The position numbers and the translations under genes are program-made. This document shows positions 35,683 through 49,922 of a DNA stretch of 64,000 nucleotides, one piece after another. This DNA comes from Haliotis rufescens (Eukaryota): the NCBI RefSeq assembly GCF_023055435.1, contig NW_025964353.1:806001-870000 (forward strand), in the 5' to 3' direction. The notes under the pieces were generated by a model. It ran no database searches, was not told the DNA's origin, and worked only from the letters and a program-made list of their open reading frames with translations. Every line of letters starts with the position of its first letter. The first letter of the stretch is position 1.

Positions 35683-36981
35683 TCACCGACAGCCACATTC
35701 AGAGGCGATCATGTCTTCGTGATGACGTACAACGACTTCGCCATCCTCCGCGTACATCATACTGAGAGGTTCCAGTTTGGTAGGGACACAACAAGGGGAG
35801 GGAGCGACGTTGGAACGCTTGCTTCTCATGAGTGACTGCAACATGGCGTGGTTGGTGGGTTTGTGGCGGACGTCGATCGGGGAGGGACAGTTTCCGTGAC
35901 AGAATTTGGAGTTGAAGCGTGTAGGGTGGATGATCCACTGTCCCCAGCCGATTGTGTTGAAGTCCACGTCAAAATCGTACAGACGACAGCCTTGTTTCTT
36001 TCCTGCCTTATTCCATCTTCTGTTCTTGCGTCGACGACGTCTGATTATGTCAGGTGCAGATCTCTTACCACGCGATGCGCTATTCATCAATCCATCGTAT
36101 GTAGACTGCTCTTTAAACAAAACGTTTTGAAGAAAGTCCTGATTTTCCAAATACAAAACAAGTAAGTTTTCATAGGCATCGGATGTTGTTTTCGAAAGAA
36201 GTCGGAAGAAAGTCCGCGGCATTTCCACATGAATGGTGACGTCACCGTGGTAACCGTTGACCCAGGCAGTGATGGCTCGACTGATGTCAAAAACAAAATC
36301 TTCACGGTGTGTAGTAGGTTGGACTCTGATGGTAACTTTTCTTGCGATCTTCTTTCCCTTGAAAATGCTGACCTTGACCTTGTACTTCTTTAGAAGGGAG
36401 AGAGCGCGTGGGCACCGGAACTCAGCTAATCGGAGACTCTCGTCCTTAGGCAGACTAGGTATCTTGAACGAAAGGCCAACTCTGCTGCTTTCATTGATTT
36501 TACTCATGTCTGAAATAAGAAACAGGATCATATTAAAAAGTAAATAAAAAGGTGAAGCATTTTTCCAAAATAGATTCTTGTTTGGAATCAGAAAGATATT
36601 TTCCGGGTTTGTATTGCACATCTACACACCAGTCAGTCTGGTGTTAAGCTTACCTTTAGCTGCGAAGCTCCTGATAGTGTCGACTTTCATAAAATCAGCT
36701 GTTTTGAGCTTTCTGCCTGCTGCTGTTGCAAGTGGTGCCCCCTTTTGAAGAATATTAAACAATCGCAGCATGAATTTGGTTGAATCCTTTTGATAATCAA
36801 CTGTATGACTCAGCTTGCTGACAAAAGGGGATATGTCTGCAACATGTTTTCCCTCATTCCGGTAAGTGTGGGGTTTGACTTGAAACTCCTGGTTTAGCCA
36901 TTGTTTGGGTGAAGCTAAGCGACGTGCTCCAACATTGGTGAGATATGTCAGAAATAAAATGGCGATTTTACACTGCGACAT
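35683..36981 (-). CDS. nodal: Nodal type A copy 6, 384 aa; exons 36981-36654 and 36509-35683
   Basis: Intact; like copy 4 plus YLTN in the signal peptide. Confidence 0.9.
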
Positions 36982-39900
36982 TTTCTGATAGCTGGATTGA
37001 TGTTTTGGTTTGTCAGTGTAGGATGCAGCAATGCAAGTGATGATGTGATAGCTTCAGTGTGGCGTTTTATACCAGACCCTACTACTTGTGTAAACAAGAC
37101 AAGTGGTAACATAATGGTCGGGTGTTGGCGAGGTGTCCATATTCCTTCAGGCAAAGATTATAATCTGTCGTAAGGACATGTCGCGTGCATCAGATCTAGT
37201 TGTAGCTTCTTCATGTAAAATAACACCTTCTGGTTACATCACTACATCATACCTTTAATGCAAGGTTTAGAGGAAAATAACCTAATATTTTGTGAAATGA
37301 ACAATTAAACACACATTAGCCATACATATTCTGATACCTCGGATGCTTTAAATTAGTAATTAATTTTGCTAATTATTCGTGAAATGTCTACTTTAAAAGG
37401 TAATCTTATGACAGTGGAGAGACTTCTTGGATTTTGTATGTTTTCAATTTGTTTGATTTTACTGTTCAAATATGTACTTATACGCTGTTTCTCATAGATA
37501 TAAAATATATTCAATATTCATAGATAAACAAGGATTTCGATATCCATTCACCAGACAGGGGCGATCATCCCCAATCCACAGTAACAAGCCCGTCTCCCTG
37601 TCTCATCTGACTGTCGAACAATCACTGTCTGATCCTGTCTTCAGGATCACTCTCATTGCGCTAATCTAAGCTTATTACTGTTGTCATTAGTTTAAGAAAA
37701 CAACTCGTCAGGTTCAAGAGTAACCCATTACACGCCACAGTGAATGTTCATGGAACGGATTACACCTTTGTTTCTTTAGATTGCAGAGATTTTACTTCAC
37801 TCCTATCCTTTTCGCAAACATTTACGCAGTATGTAAGATCAATATAAGCATAGAAAGTATCACTACCTACATATCATTTGTACTTTTCCCTAACAGGAAT
37901 ATTTCCAAGATTGGTATCTACACGTTGGTATCGTCTGTAATATAACTACATTGTGTTTGTTAAAGTAGACACAATTTATGGATAACAACTTCTTGGAAAG
38001 GCGACGTTTCGGTATACATACTTATATTTATGTTATGTGTGTTACCTTCACTCCAAGTTCATTTACGTTGGAATCTAATGATTCACTTCAAGATATCAGA
38101 ACACATCTTCTCTTAAGGAAACTGTACATGGCATATGACGATCACATATAGAATATTGTTTTTGTCTGTTCCAAACACACACACTTTCTTGCGTTTTAAA
38201 TGACGAGGGAAGTGTATGGGTACATGTCATGAAACGAGATTGTCTATCATCAAAACAATACAAAGATCAATTATTTTAAATCCTTTTCAGCTGAGTGTCT
38301 ATCAATATCCCGACATGTGTTATTGCGGCAATGTTTATGACGAAGTCGCCATGCATGTCAGACACCACAGTCAGCATATGCAGAAGTGTCAGACAGTTAG
38401 CATGTCTCCTGTGTTATCATCATTGCTATTTGGCCACTTGTTGTTGAATCAATATGGTGAAAGTGAATCAAAAGACATAATTAACTTCTTGATCTGTGAA
38501 GAATGAACAATTTGTACATCTCTGGATATAACCAAAGTCGTTATTTTCTGATTGGCTCTATTAGAATTCCAAAGTGGATTCCAATTTTCAGCTACTCGTT
38601 ATGCTGAGAGTAACTGAACTATCTCAATAAACAAACTTTATATAATTTGTTAAAATCACTGCTCCTTGAAAATAAAATATGTTCAATGTAATAACATATC
38701 TGTTCCAAACCATTTGCTGAATAGCAGTAAAATCATATTGCGTTGTCTATTTTCCGTTGCAGTATGCTCTTTAAAACAACAGGAATGGAAGACACTCATT
38801 TGAATGAAGAACTATTGTTTTCAGCGAAATTATGTGTAAGCATGAGAATATTTTCTCCATAAATTATCTTTAAACTAATTCCTAAATGATGTATCTTTTA
38901 ATTTCTACTATTGATAGTGAAGTAGGTTGATACATTTACGAAAAGGTTATTATTAGATTTAACTCTACACTCTGTATCAGAAACACTCCATTAATTCGTT
39001 CTGCTGTTCAACATAAAGGCAACGTTAGACGCCGAAAAACAACCATCATTACTTGTAACAAGCCTGTCTTCCAGTGAGTGAGTGAGTATTGTTTTACGCC
39101 GCTTTTAGCAATATTCCAGCAATATTACGGCGGGGAACACCAGAAATGCTGTCTTCCAGACTCGTCTAACTAGAATAATCATAGTCTAACCCTGTTAATG
39201 ATTAAACTGCTAAACTTTTCCACCAATAATCCTATCCAATCGATGTCCTTGTTGGTGAAATGAAAACAGTTCATCACACTATTCTGTCAGAGATTGAAGA
39301 CATTTTTATTGGTATTTACAGAACTGACTTTGAGGCCCTTCGCGATCTGCATGGGTAGACTCAGTCGCTTGTAGTTGCAAGCAAATATATTAAAGTGACA
39401 GTACAGCTATTTGAGAGTGTTCATAGAAATATCGAAGTTGGATGTAAACATGACAGGGAATATTATTAGGTTCAACAACTTCTTTATTATTCAAATACAT
39501 GTACAACGTTCCATGGCTACTTCTTGTACCTTCACCTGATGAAGTTGTGTATGTGCAATAAAGAAGTTGTTATCCATAATAATACTCCTTGTCACGAGTA
39601 CATGTTTTTGAAAAAAAACAACAACAATAATTTATATTTAGGAACTAAAATGCTGTCACAAGTACGCGTTCAACTAATTTACCGATTGTGAGGTGCATTC
39701 AAATGTTGCAGGAATATTTCTTTTACAATCGTTTATGATGGAGTAAGCCACATAGACTGAAGGGTTTATCTTCACATTGTGAGTGCAAAATGTTCTTTGT
39801 AGCACTAGAGGTACACATTGTACAGTGTATTATCAGAACATGTCCAAGACAGATCGAACAATTAACCAGTGAAAGACAAAGCATCAAGACATTTTATCAA

Positions 39901-39990
39901 TACAAGTTTATTAGTATAAATAATAATAGCACTGATACGGTTATCACATGGCATTCTCAAACCTCTCAAACGTTTTATGCTTGGTGGACG

Positions 39991-41289
39991 TCACCGACAG
40001 CCACATTCAGTGGCGATCATGTCTTCGTGATGACGTACAACGACTTCGCCATCCTCCGCGTACATCATACTGAGAGGTTCCAGTTTGGTAGGGACACAAC
40101 AAGGGGAGGGAGCGACGTTGGAACGCTTGCTTCTCATGAGTGACTGCAACATGGCGTGGTTGGTGGGTTTGAGGCGGACGTCGATCGGGGAGGGACAGTT
40201 TCCGTGACAGAATTTGGAGTTGAAGCGTGTAGGGTGGATGATCCACTGTCCCCAGCCGATTGTGTTGAAGTCCACGTCAAAATCGTACAGACGACAGCCT
40301 TGTTTCTTTCCTGCCTTATTCCATCTTCTGTTCTTGCGTCGACGACGTCTGATTATGTCAGGTGCAGATCTCTTACCACGCGATGCGCTATTCATCAATC
40401 CATCGTATGTAGACTGCTCTTTAAACAAAACGTTTTGAAGAAAGTCCTGATTTTCCAAATACAAAACAAGTAAGTTTTCATAGGCATCGGATGTTGTTTT
40501 CGAAAGAAGTCGGAAGAAAGTCCGCGGCATTTCCACATGAATGGTGACGTCACCGTGGTAACCGTTGACCCAGGCAGTGATGGCTCGACTGATGTCAAAA
40601 ACAAAATCTTCACGGTGTGTAGTAGGTTGGACTCTGATGGTAACTTTTCTTGCGATCTTCTTTCCCTTGAAAATGCTGACCTTGACCTTGTACTTCTTTA
40701 GAAGGGAGAGAGCGCGTGGGCACCGGAACTCAGCTAATCGGAGACTCTCGTCCTTAGGCAGACTAGGTATCTTGAACGAAAGGCCAACTCTGCTGCTTTC
40801 ATTGATTTTACTCATGTCTGAAATAAGAAACAGGATCATATTAAAAAGTAAATAAAAAGGTGAAGCATTTTTCCAAAATAGATTCTTGTTTGGAATCAGA
40901 AAGATATTTTCCGGGTTTGTATTGCACATCTACACACCAGTCAGTCTGGTGTTAAGCTTACCTTTAGCTGCGAAGCTCCTGATAGTGTCGACTTTCATAA
41001 AATCAGCTGTTTTGAGCTTTCTGCCTGCTGCTGTTGCAAGTGGTGCCCCCTTTTGAAGAATATTAAACAATCGCAGCATGAATTTGGTTGAATCCTTTTG
41101 ATAATCAACTGTATGACTCAGCTTGCTGACAAAAGGGGATATGTCTGCAACATGTTTTCCCTCATTCCGGTAAGTGTGGGGTTTGACTTGAAACTCCTGG
41201 TTTAGCCATTGTTTGGGTGAAGCTAAGCGACGTGCTCCAACATTGGCGAGATATGTCAGAAATAAAATGGCGATTTTACACTGCGACAT
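39991..41289 (-). CDS. nodal: Nodal type A copy 7, 384 aa; exons 41289-40962 and 40817-39991
   Basis: Intact; variants SDAYE, DVRLK, MYAED and MIATE. Confidence 0.9.
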
Positions 41290-44200
41290 TTTCTGATAGC
41301 TGGATTGATGTTTTGGTTTGTCAGTGTAGGATGCAGCAATGCAAGTGATGATGTGATAGCTTCAGTGTGGCGTTTTATACCAGACCCTACTACTTGTGTA
41401 AACAAGACAAGTGGTAACATAATGGTCGGGTGTTGGCGAGGTGTCCATATTCCTTCAGGCAAAGATTATAATCTGTCGTAAGGACATGTCGCGTGCATCA
41501 GATCTAGTTGTAGCTTCTTCATGTAAAATAACACCTTCTGGTTACATCACTACATCATACCTTTAATGCAAGGTTTAGAGGAAAATAACCTAATATTTTG
41601 TGAAATGAACAATTAAACACACATTAGCCATACATATTCTGATACCTCGGATGCTTTAAATTAGTAATTAATTTTGCTAATTATTCGTGAAATGTCTACT
41701 TTAAAAGGTAATCTTATGACAGTGGAGAGACTTCTTGGATTTTGTATGTTTTCAATTTGTTTGATTTTACTGTTCAAATATGTACTTATACGCTGTTTCT
41801 CATAGATATAAAATATATTCAATATTCATAGATAAACAAGGATTTCGATATCCATTCACCAGACAGGGGCGATCATCCCCAATCCACGGTAACAAGCCCG
41901 TCTCCCTGTCTCATCTGACTGTCGAACAATCACTGTCTGATCCTGTCTTCAGGATCACTCTCATTGCGCTAATCTAAGCTTATTACTGTTGTCATTAGTT
42001 TAAGAAAACAACTCGTCAGGTTCAAGAGTAACCCATTACACGCCACAGTGAATGTTCATGGAACGGATTACACCTTTGTTTCTTTAGATTGCAGAGATTT
42101 TACTTCACTCCTATCCTTTTCGCAAACATTTACGCAGTATGTAAGATCAATATAAGCATAGAAAGTATCACTACCTACATATCATTTGTACTTTTCCCTA
42201 ACAGGAATATTTCCAAGATTGGTATCTACACGTTGGTATCGTCTGTAATATAACTACATTGTGTTTGTTAAAGTAGACACAATTTATGGATAACAACTTC
42301 TTGGAAAGGCGACGTTTCGGTATACATACTTATATTTATGTTATGTGTGTTACCTTCACTCCAAGTTCATTTACGTTGGAATCTAATGATTCACTTCAAG
42401 ATATCAGAACACATCTTCTCTTAAGGAAACTGTACATGGCATATGACGATCACATATAGAATATTGTTTTTGTCTGTTCCAAACACACACACTTTCTTGC
42501 GTTTTAAATGACGAGGGAAGTGTATGGGTACATGTCATGAAACGAGATTGTCTATCATCAAAACAATACAAAGATCAATTATTTTAAATCCTTTTCAGCT
42601 GAGTGTCTATCAATATCCCGACATGTGTTATTGCGGCAATGTTTATGACGAAGTCGCCATGCATGTCAGACACCACAGTCAGCATATGCAGAAGTGTCAG
42701 ACAGTTAGCATGTCTCCTGTGTTATCATCATTGCTATTTGGCCACTTGTTGTTGAATCAATATGGTGAAAGTGAATCAAAAGACATAATTAACTTCTTGA
42801 TCTGTGAAGAATGAACAATTTGTACATCTCTGGATATAACCAAAGTCGTTATTTATTGATTGGCTCTATTAGAATTCCAAAGTGGATTCCAATTTTCAGC
42901 TACTCGTTATGCTGAGAGTAACTGAACTATCTCAATAAACAGACTTTATATAATTTGTTAAAATCACTGCTCCTTGAAAATAAAATATGTTCAATGTAAT
43001 AACATATCTGTTCCAAACCATTTGCTGAATAGCAGTAAAATCATATTGCGTTGTCTATTTTCCGTTGCAGTATGCTCTTTAAAACAACAGGAATGGAAGA
43101 CACTCATTTGAATGAAGAACTATTGTTTTCAGCGAAATTATGTGTAAGCATGAGAATATTTTCTCCATAAATTATCTTTAAACTAATTCCTAAATGATGT
43201 ATCTTTTAATTTCTACGATTTATAGTGAAGTAGGTTGATACATTTACGAAAAGGTTATTATTAGATTTAACTCTACACACTGTATCAGAAACACTCCATT
43301 AATTCGTTCTGATGTTCAACATAAAGGCAACGTTAGACGCCGAAAAACAACCATCATTACTTGTAACAAGCCTGTCTTCCAGTGAGTGAGTGAGTGAGTA
43401 TTGTTTTACGCCGCTTTTAGCAATATTCCAGCAATATTACGGCGGGGGACACCAGAAATGCTGTCTTCCAGACTCGTCTAACTAGAATACTCATAGTCTA
43501 ACCCTGTTAATGATTAAACTGCTAAACTTTTCCACCAATAATCCTATCCAATCGATGTCCTTGTTGGTGAAATGAAAACAGTTCATCACACTATTCTGTC
43601 AGAGATTGAAGACATTTTTATTGGTATTTACAGAACTGACTTTGAGGCCCTTCGCGATCTGCATGGGTAGACTCAGTCGCTTGTAGTTGCAAGCAAATAT
43701 ATTAAAGTGACAGTACAGCTATTTGAGAGTGTTTATAGAAATATCGAAGTTGGATGTAAACATGACAGGGAATATTATTAGGTTCAACAACTTCTTTATT
43801 ATTCAAATACATGTACAACGTTCCATGGCTACTTCTTGTACCTTCACCTGATGAAGTTGTGTATGTGCAATAAAGAAGTTGTTATCCATAATACTACTCC
43901 TTGTCACGAGTACATGTTTTTGAAAAAAAACAACAACAATAATTTATATTTAGGAACTAAAATGCTGTCACAAGTACGCGTTCAACTAATTTACCGATTG
44001 TGAGGTGCATTCAAATGTTGCAGGAATATTTCTTTTACAATCGTTTATGATGGAGTAAGCCACATAGACTGAAGGGTTTATCTTCACATTGTGAGTGCAA
44101 AATGTTCTTTGTAGCACTAGAGGTACACATTGTACAGTGTATTATCAGAACATGTCCAAGACAGATCGAACAATTAACCAGTGAAAGACAAAGCATCAAG

Positions 44201-44302
44201 ACATTTTATCAATACAAGTTTATTAGTATAAATAATAATAGCACTGATACGGTTATCACATGGCATTCTCAAACCTCTCAAACGTTTTATGCTTGGTGGA
44301 CG

Positions 44303-45601
44303 TCACCGACAGCCACATTCAGAGGCGATCATGTCTTCGTGATGACGTACAACGACTTCGCCATCCTCCACGTACATCATACTGAGAGGTTCCAGTTTGG
44401 TAGGGACACAACAAGGGGAGGGAGCGACGTTGGAACGCTTGCTTCTCATGAGTGACTGCAACATGGCGTGGTTGGTGGGTTTGTGGCGGACGTCGATCGG
44501 GGAGGGACAGTTTCCGTGACAGAATTTGGAGTTGAAGCGTGTAGGGTGGATGATCCACTGTCCCCAGCCGATTGTGTTGAAGTCCACGTCAAAATCGTAC
44601 AGACGACAGCCTTGTTTCTTTCCTGCCTTATTCCATCTTCTGTTCTTGCGTCGACGACGTCTGATTATGTCAGGTGCAGATCTCTTACCACGCGATGCGC
44701 TATTCATCAATCCATCGTATGTAGACTGCTCTTCAAACAAAACGTTTTGAAGAAAGTCCTGATTTTCCAAATACAAAACAAGTAAGTTTTCATAGGCTTC
44801 GGATGTTGTTTTCGAAAGAAGTCGGAAGAAAGTCCGCGGCATTTCCACATGAATGGTGACGTCACCGTGGTAACCGTTGACCCAGGCAGTGATGGCTCGA
44901 CTGATGTCAAAAACAAAATCTTCACGGTGTGTAGTAGGTTGGACTCTGATGGTAACTTTTCTTGCGATCTTCTTTCCCTTGAAAATGCTGACATTGACCT
45001 TGTACTTCTTTAGAAGGGAGAGAGCGCGTGGGCACCGGAACTCAGCTAATCGGAGACTCTCGTCCTTAGGCAGACTAGGTATCTTGAACGAAAGGCCAAC
45101 TCTGCTGCTTTCATTGATTTTACTCATGTCTGAAATAAGAAACAGGATCATATTAAAAAGTAAATAAAAAGGTGAAGCATTTTTCCAAAATAGATTCTTG
45201 TTTGGAATCAGAAAGATATTTTCCGGGTTTGTATTGCACATCTACACACCAGTCAGTCTGGTGTTAAGCTTACCTTTAGCTGCGAAGCTCCTGACAGTGT
45301 CGACTTTCATAAAATCAGCTGTTTTGAGCTTTCTGCCTGCTGCTGTTGCAAGTGGTGCCCCCTTTTGAAGAATATTAAACAATCGCAGCATGAATTTGGT
45401 TGAATCCTTTTGATAATCAACTGTATGACTCAGTTTGCTGACAAAAGGGGATATGTCTGCAACATGTTTTCCCTCATTCCGGTAAGTGTGGGGTTTGACT
45501 TGAAAATCCTGGTTTAGCCATTGTTTGGGTGAAACTAAGCGACGTGCTCCAACATTGGCAAGATATGTCAGAAATAAAATGGCGATTTTACACTGCGACA
45601 T
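44303..45601 (-). CDS. nodal: Nodal type A copy 8, 384 aa; exons 45601-45274 and 45129-44303
   Basis: Intact; several private prodomain substitutions (NQDF, DTVR, KVNV, LFEE). Confidence 0.9.
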
Positions 45602-48600
45602 TTTCTGATAGCTGGATTGATTTTTTAGTTTGTCAGTGTAGGATGCAGAAATGCAAGCGATGATGTGATAGCTTCAGTGTGGCGTTATATACCAGACCCT
45701 ACTACTTGTGTAAACAAGACAAGTGGTAACATAATGGTCGGGTGTTGGCGAGGTGTCCATATTCCTTCAGGCAAAGATTATAATCTGTCGTAAGGACATG
45801 TCGCGTGCATCAGATCTAGTTGTAGCTTCTTCATGTAAAATAACACCTTCTGGTTACATCACTACATCATACCTTTAATGCAAGGTTTTGAGGAAAATAA
45901 CCTAATACTTTGTGAAATGAAGAATTAAACACACATTAGCCATACATATTCTGATACCTCGGATACTTTAAATTAGTAATTAATTTTGCTAATGTATATT
46001 CCCATTTCGTGAAATGTCTACTTTAAAAGGTAATCTTATGACAGTGGAGAGACTTCTTGGACTTTGTATATTTTCAATTTGTTTGATTTTACTGTTCAAA
46101 TATGTACTTATACGCTGTTTCTCATAGATATAAAATATATTCAATATTCATAGATAAACAAGGATTTCGATATCCATTCACCAGACAGGGACGATCATCC
46201 CCAATCCACAGTAACAAGCCCGTCTCCCTGTCTCATCTGACTGTCGAACAATCACTGTCTGATCCTGTCTTCAGGATCACTCTCATCCCGCTAATCTAAG
46301 CTTATTACTGTTGTCATTGGTTTAAGAGAACAACTCGTCAGGTTCAAGAGTAACCCATTACACGCGACAGTGAATGTTCATGGAACGGATTACACCTTTG
46401 TTTCTTTAGATTGCAGAGATTTTACTTCACTCCTATCCTTTTCGCAAACATTTACGCAGTATGTAAGATCAATATAAGCATAGAAAGTATCACTACCTAC
46501 ATATCATTTGTACTTTTCCCTAACAGGAATATTTCCAAGATTGGTATCTACACGTTGGTATCGTCTGTAATATAACTACATTGTGTTTGTTAAAGTAGAC
46601 ACAATTTATGGATAACAACTTCTTGGAAAGGCGACGTTTCGGTATACATACTTATATTTATGTTATGTGTGTTACCTTCACTCCAAGTTCATTTACGTTG
46701 GAATCTAATGATTCACTTCAAGATATCAGAACACATCTTCTCGTAAGGAAACTGTACATGGCATATGCCGATCACATATAGAATATTGTTTTTGTCTGAT
46801 CCAAACACACACACTTTCTTCCGTTTTAAATGACGAAGGAAGTGTATGGGTACATGTCATGAAACGAGATTGTCTATCATCAAAACAATACAAAGATCAA
46901 TTATTTTAAATCCTTCTCAGCTGAGTGTTTATCAATATCCCGACATGTGTTATTGCGGCAATGTTGATGACGAAGTCGCCATGCATGTCAGACACCACAG
47001 TCAGCATATGCAAAAGTGTCAGACAGTTAGCATGTCTCCTGTGCTATCATCATTGCTATTTGGCCTCTTGTTGTTGAATCAATATGGTGAAAGTGAATCA
47101 AAAGACATAATTAACTTCTTGATCTGTGAAGAATGAATAGTTTGTACATCTCTGGATATAACCAAAGTCGTTATTTTCTGATTGGCTCTATTAGAATTCC
47201 AAAGTGGATTCCAATTTTCAGCTACTCGTTATGCTGAGAGTAACTGAACTATTTCAGAGACAAACTTTATATAATTTGTTAAAATCACTGCTCCTTGAAA
47301 ATAAAATATGTTCAATGTAATAACATATCTGTTCCAAACCATTTGCTGAATAGCAGTAAAATCATATTGCGTTGTCTATTTTCCGTTGCAGTATGCTCTT
47401 TAAAACAACAGGAATGGAAGACACTCATTTGAATGAAGAACTATTGTTTTTAGCGTATTATGTGTAAGCATGAGGATATTTTCACCATAAATTATCTTGA
47501 AACTAATTCCTAAATGATGTATCTTTTAATTTCTACTATTGATAGTGAAGTAGGTTGATACATTTACGAAAAGGTTATTATTAGATTTAACTCTACACAC
47601 TGTATCAGAAACACTCCATTAATTCGTTCTGCTGTTCAACATAAAGGCAACGTTAGACGCCGAACAACAACCATCATTACTTGTAACAAGCCTGTCTTCC
47701 AGTGAGTGAGTGAGTGAGTATTGTTTTACGCCGCTTTTAGCAATATTCCAGCAATATCACGGCGGGGGACACCAGAAATGCTGTCTTCCAGACTCGTCTA
47801 ACTAGAATACTCATAGTCTAACCCTGTTAATGATTAAACTGTTAAACTTTTCCACTAATAATCTTTTCCAATCGATGTTCTTGTTGGTGAAATGAAAACA
47901 GTTCATCACACTATTCTGTCAGAGATTGAAGACATTTTTATTGGTATTTACAGAACTGACTTTGAGGCCCTTCGCGATCTACATGGGTTGACTCAGTCGC
48001 TTGTAGTTGCAAGCAAAAATATTAAAGTGACAGTACAGCTATTTGAGAGTGTTTATAGGAATATCGAAGTTGGATGTAAACATGACAGGGAATATTATTA
48101 GGTTCAACAACTTCTTTATTATTCAAATACATGTACATCGTTCCATGGCTACTTCTTGTCCCTTCACCTGATGAAGTTGTGTATGTTCAATAAAGAAGTT
48201 GTTATCCATAATACTACTCCTTGTCACGAGTACATGTTTTTGAAAAGAAACCACAAACAATAATTTATATCGAGGAACTAAAATGCCGTCACAAGTACGC
48301 GTTCAACTAATTTAACGATTGTGAGGTGCATTCAAATGTTGCTGGAATATGTCTTTTACAATCGTTTATGATGGAGTAAGCCACATAGACTGAAGGGTTT
48401 ATCTTTACATCGTGAGTGCAAAATGTTCTTTGTACCACAAGAGGTACACATTGTACAGTGTATTATCAGAACATGTCCAAGACAGATGGAACAATTAACC
48501 AGTGAAAGACAAAGCATCAAGACATTTTATCAATTCAAGTTTATTAGTATAAATAATAATAGCACTGATACGTTTATCACATGGCATTCTCAAACCTCTC

Positions 48601-48624
48601 AAACGTTTTATGCTTTGGTGGACG

Positions 48625-49922
48625 TCACCGACAGCCACATTCAGAGGCGATCATGTCTTCGTGATGACGTACAACGACTTCGCCATCCTCCACGTACATC
48701 ATACTGAGAGGTTCCAGTTTGGTAGGGACACAACAAGGGGAGGGAGCGACGTTGGAACGCTTGCTTCTCATGAGTGACTGCAACATGGCGTGGTTGGTGG
48801 GTTTGAGGCGGACGTCGATCGGGGAGGGACAGTTTCCGTGACAGAATTTGGAGTTGAAGCGTGTAGGGTGGATTATCCACTGTCCCCAGCCGATTGTGTT
48901 AAAGTCCACGTCATAATCGTACAGACGACAGCCTTGTTTCTTTCCTGCCTTATTCCATCTTCTGTTCTTGCGTCGACGACGTCTGATTATGTCAGGTGCA
49001 GATCTCTTACCACGCGATGCGCTATTCTTCAATCCATCGTATGTTGACTGCTCTTTGACAAAAACGTTTTGAAGAAAGTCCTGATTTTCCAAATACAAAA
49101 CAAGTAAGTTTTCATAAGCTTCGGATGTTGTTTTCGAAAGAAGTCGGAAGAAAGTCCGCGGCATTTCCACATGAATGGTGACGTCACCGTGGTAACCGTT
49201 GACCCAGGCAGTGATGGCTCGACTGATGTCAAAAACAACATCTTTATGGTGTGTAGTAGGTTGGACTCTGATGGTAACTTTTCTTGCGATCTTCTTTCCC
49301 TTAAAAATGCTGACCTTGACCTTGTACTTCTTTAGAAGGGAGAGAGCGCGTGGGCACCGGAACTCAGCTAATCGGAGACTCTCGTCCTTAGGCAGACTAG
49401 GTATCTTGAACGAAAGGCCAAATCTGCTGCTTTCATTGATTTTACTCATGTCTGAAATAAGAAACCGAATCATATAACAAGTAAATAAAAAGGTGAAGCA
49501 TTTTCCCAAAATAGATTCTTGTTTGGAATCAGAAAGATATTTTCCGGGTTTGTATTGCACATCTACACACCAGTCAGTCTGGTGTTAAGCTTACCTTTAG
49601 CTGCGAAGCTCCTGATAGTGTCGACTTTCATAAAATCAGCTGTTTTGAGCTTTCTGCCTGCTGCTGTTGCAAGTGGTGCCCCCTTTTGAAGAATATTAAA
49701 CAATCGCAGCATGAATTTGGTTGAATCCTTTTGATAATCAACTGTATGACTCAGCTTGCTGACAAAAGGGGATATGTCTGCAACATGTTTTCCCTCATTC
49801 CGGTAAGTGTGGGGTTTGACTTGAAACTCCTGGTTTAGCCATTGTTTTGGTGAAGCTAAGCGACGTGCTCCAACATTGGTGAGATATGTCAGAAATAAAA
49901 TGGCGATTTTACACTGCGACAT
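48625..49922 (-). CDS. nodal: Nodal type A copy 9, 384 aa; exons 49922-49595 and 49451-48625
   Basis: Intact; 143-nt intron; most divergent intact A copy (HHKDVV, VFVK, YDYD, DVRLK). Confidence 0.9.
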
